Shown piece by piece: positions 63,557 to 64,000 of a DNA stretch of 64,000 bases. The stretch covers positions 15,447-79,446 of the forward strand of contig JAUJMV010000039.1 in assembly GCA_030446685.1 (NCBI GenBank), read 5' to 3'. Within the stretch, counting starts at the first letter, position 1, and every line of letters begins with the position of its first letter. Source of the stretch: Thermomicrobiales bacterium (GTDB lineage Bacteria; Chloroflexota; Chloroflexia; Thermomicrobiales; CADCWN01). The notes under the pieces were generated by a model. The model did no database searches and was not told the DNA's origin. It was given only the letters and a program-made list of their open reading frames with translations. The position numbers and the translations under genes were made by a program.

Positions 63557-64000
63557 GGGATGCGTCGGCACTGGGATGACCAGACGTAGAGCAACGCGAT
63601 GGTGACGACTCGACGCCGCTCGCTGAACGGTGATCGGGACGGAGGGAGGGAGGATAGATGGGGCCGCGGGTGGTGCGCTGCATCCACGTCGGGTCAGGAA
63701 CCGAGGCGCCTTCCTGCTCGAGCTGTTCGCCGCCGAGACGGGCCGGTTCAAGCCGGTGGCCTTCGTCGACCTGACGCGCCAGCGCCGTCAGTTGGGCGGG
63801 CGTCGCCCGGCGCCGAGGCACAGCCTCGCCCTGGTGGTAGAGCCAGTAGTAGCCGCGCAGGGCGCCGACGCAGCCACGCGGCGGGCCGCCCGGCTTGCGC
63901 CCCGCCGCCCCGAGCGCGGTCTTGGTCTTGGGGTTGCCTCACGAAACGGACAAAATCGTACGCTAGGGGATGCCGAGCCGCCTGAGCGACCGGAACTTGC

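Noticed and set aside
63557-64000. A minus-strand ORF at the window edge (..GYYWLYHQGEAVPRRRATPAQLTALARQVDEGHRLEPARLGGEQLEQEG..).
   Set aside because: It is cut by the window end, has no recognisable motif, and competes with alternative frames.

Overview
This is a very GC-rich 64-kb window (about 70% by eye, not computed). It reads as an accessory or 'junkyard' region of a Chloroflexota/Thermomicrobia-like or Actinomycetota-like genome; the taxon cannot be fixed from this sequence alone.

Main blocks:
1. 1.2-12 kb: a sugar/amino-sugar catabolic cluster. It holds a nitroreductase, a PIG-L deacetylase, a NagB-like deaminase, three Gfo/Idh/MocA dehydrogenases and xylose-isomerase-like TIM barrels.
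2. Four family-5 ABC solute-binding-protein genes (12.2, 26.8, 29.6 and 42.5 kb). All are broken, and none has permease or ATPase partners.
3. A dense set of transposable-element remains: rve-type, IS110, IS6, IS630, ISAs1-like, Tn3, IS5/IS427, IS3, a second IS5-like element and a MITE-like element.
4. Two near-identical, intact 2,409-bp IS copies in direct orientation at 17.8 and 50.3 kb. They bracket 30 kb.
5. Three paralogous GT-C-like membrane-protein genes at 44.6-50.2 kb.
6. 57.7-63.6 kb: an intact, tightly coupled operon of a dehydrogenase, a TIM barrel, an enolase-superfamily enzyme and a MetE-like protein.

I found no rRNA, tRNA or CRISPR array, and no recognisable defence system.

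The most notable observations:
- the candidate composite transposon, apparently inserted in a decayed tyrosine-recombinase gene;
- an apparently unclassified IS with 53-bp terminal repeats and a captured transporter fragment;
- heavily frameshifted genes interleaved with perfectly intact ones;
- several unexplained repeat or palindrome structures.

All family calls come from motif recognition by eye. Frameshift positions are approximate. Nothing was computed or searched.
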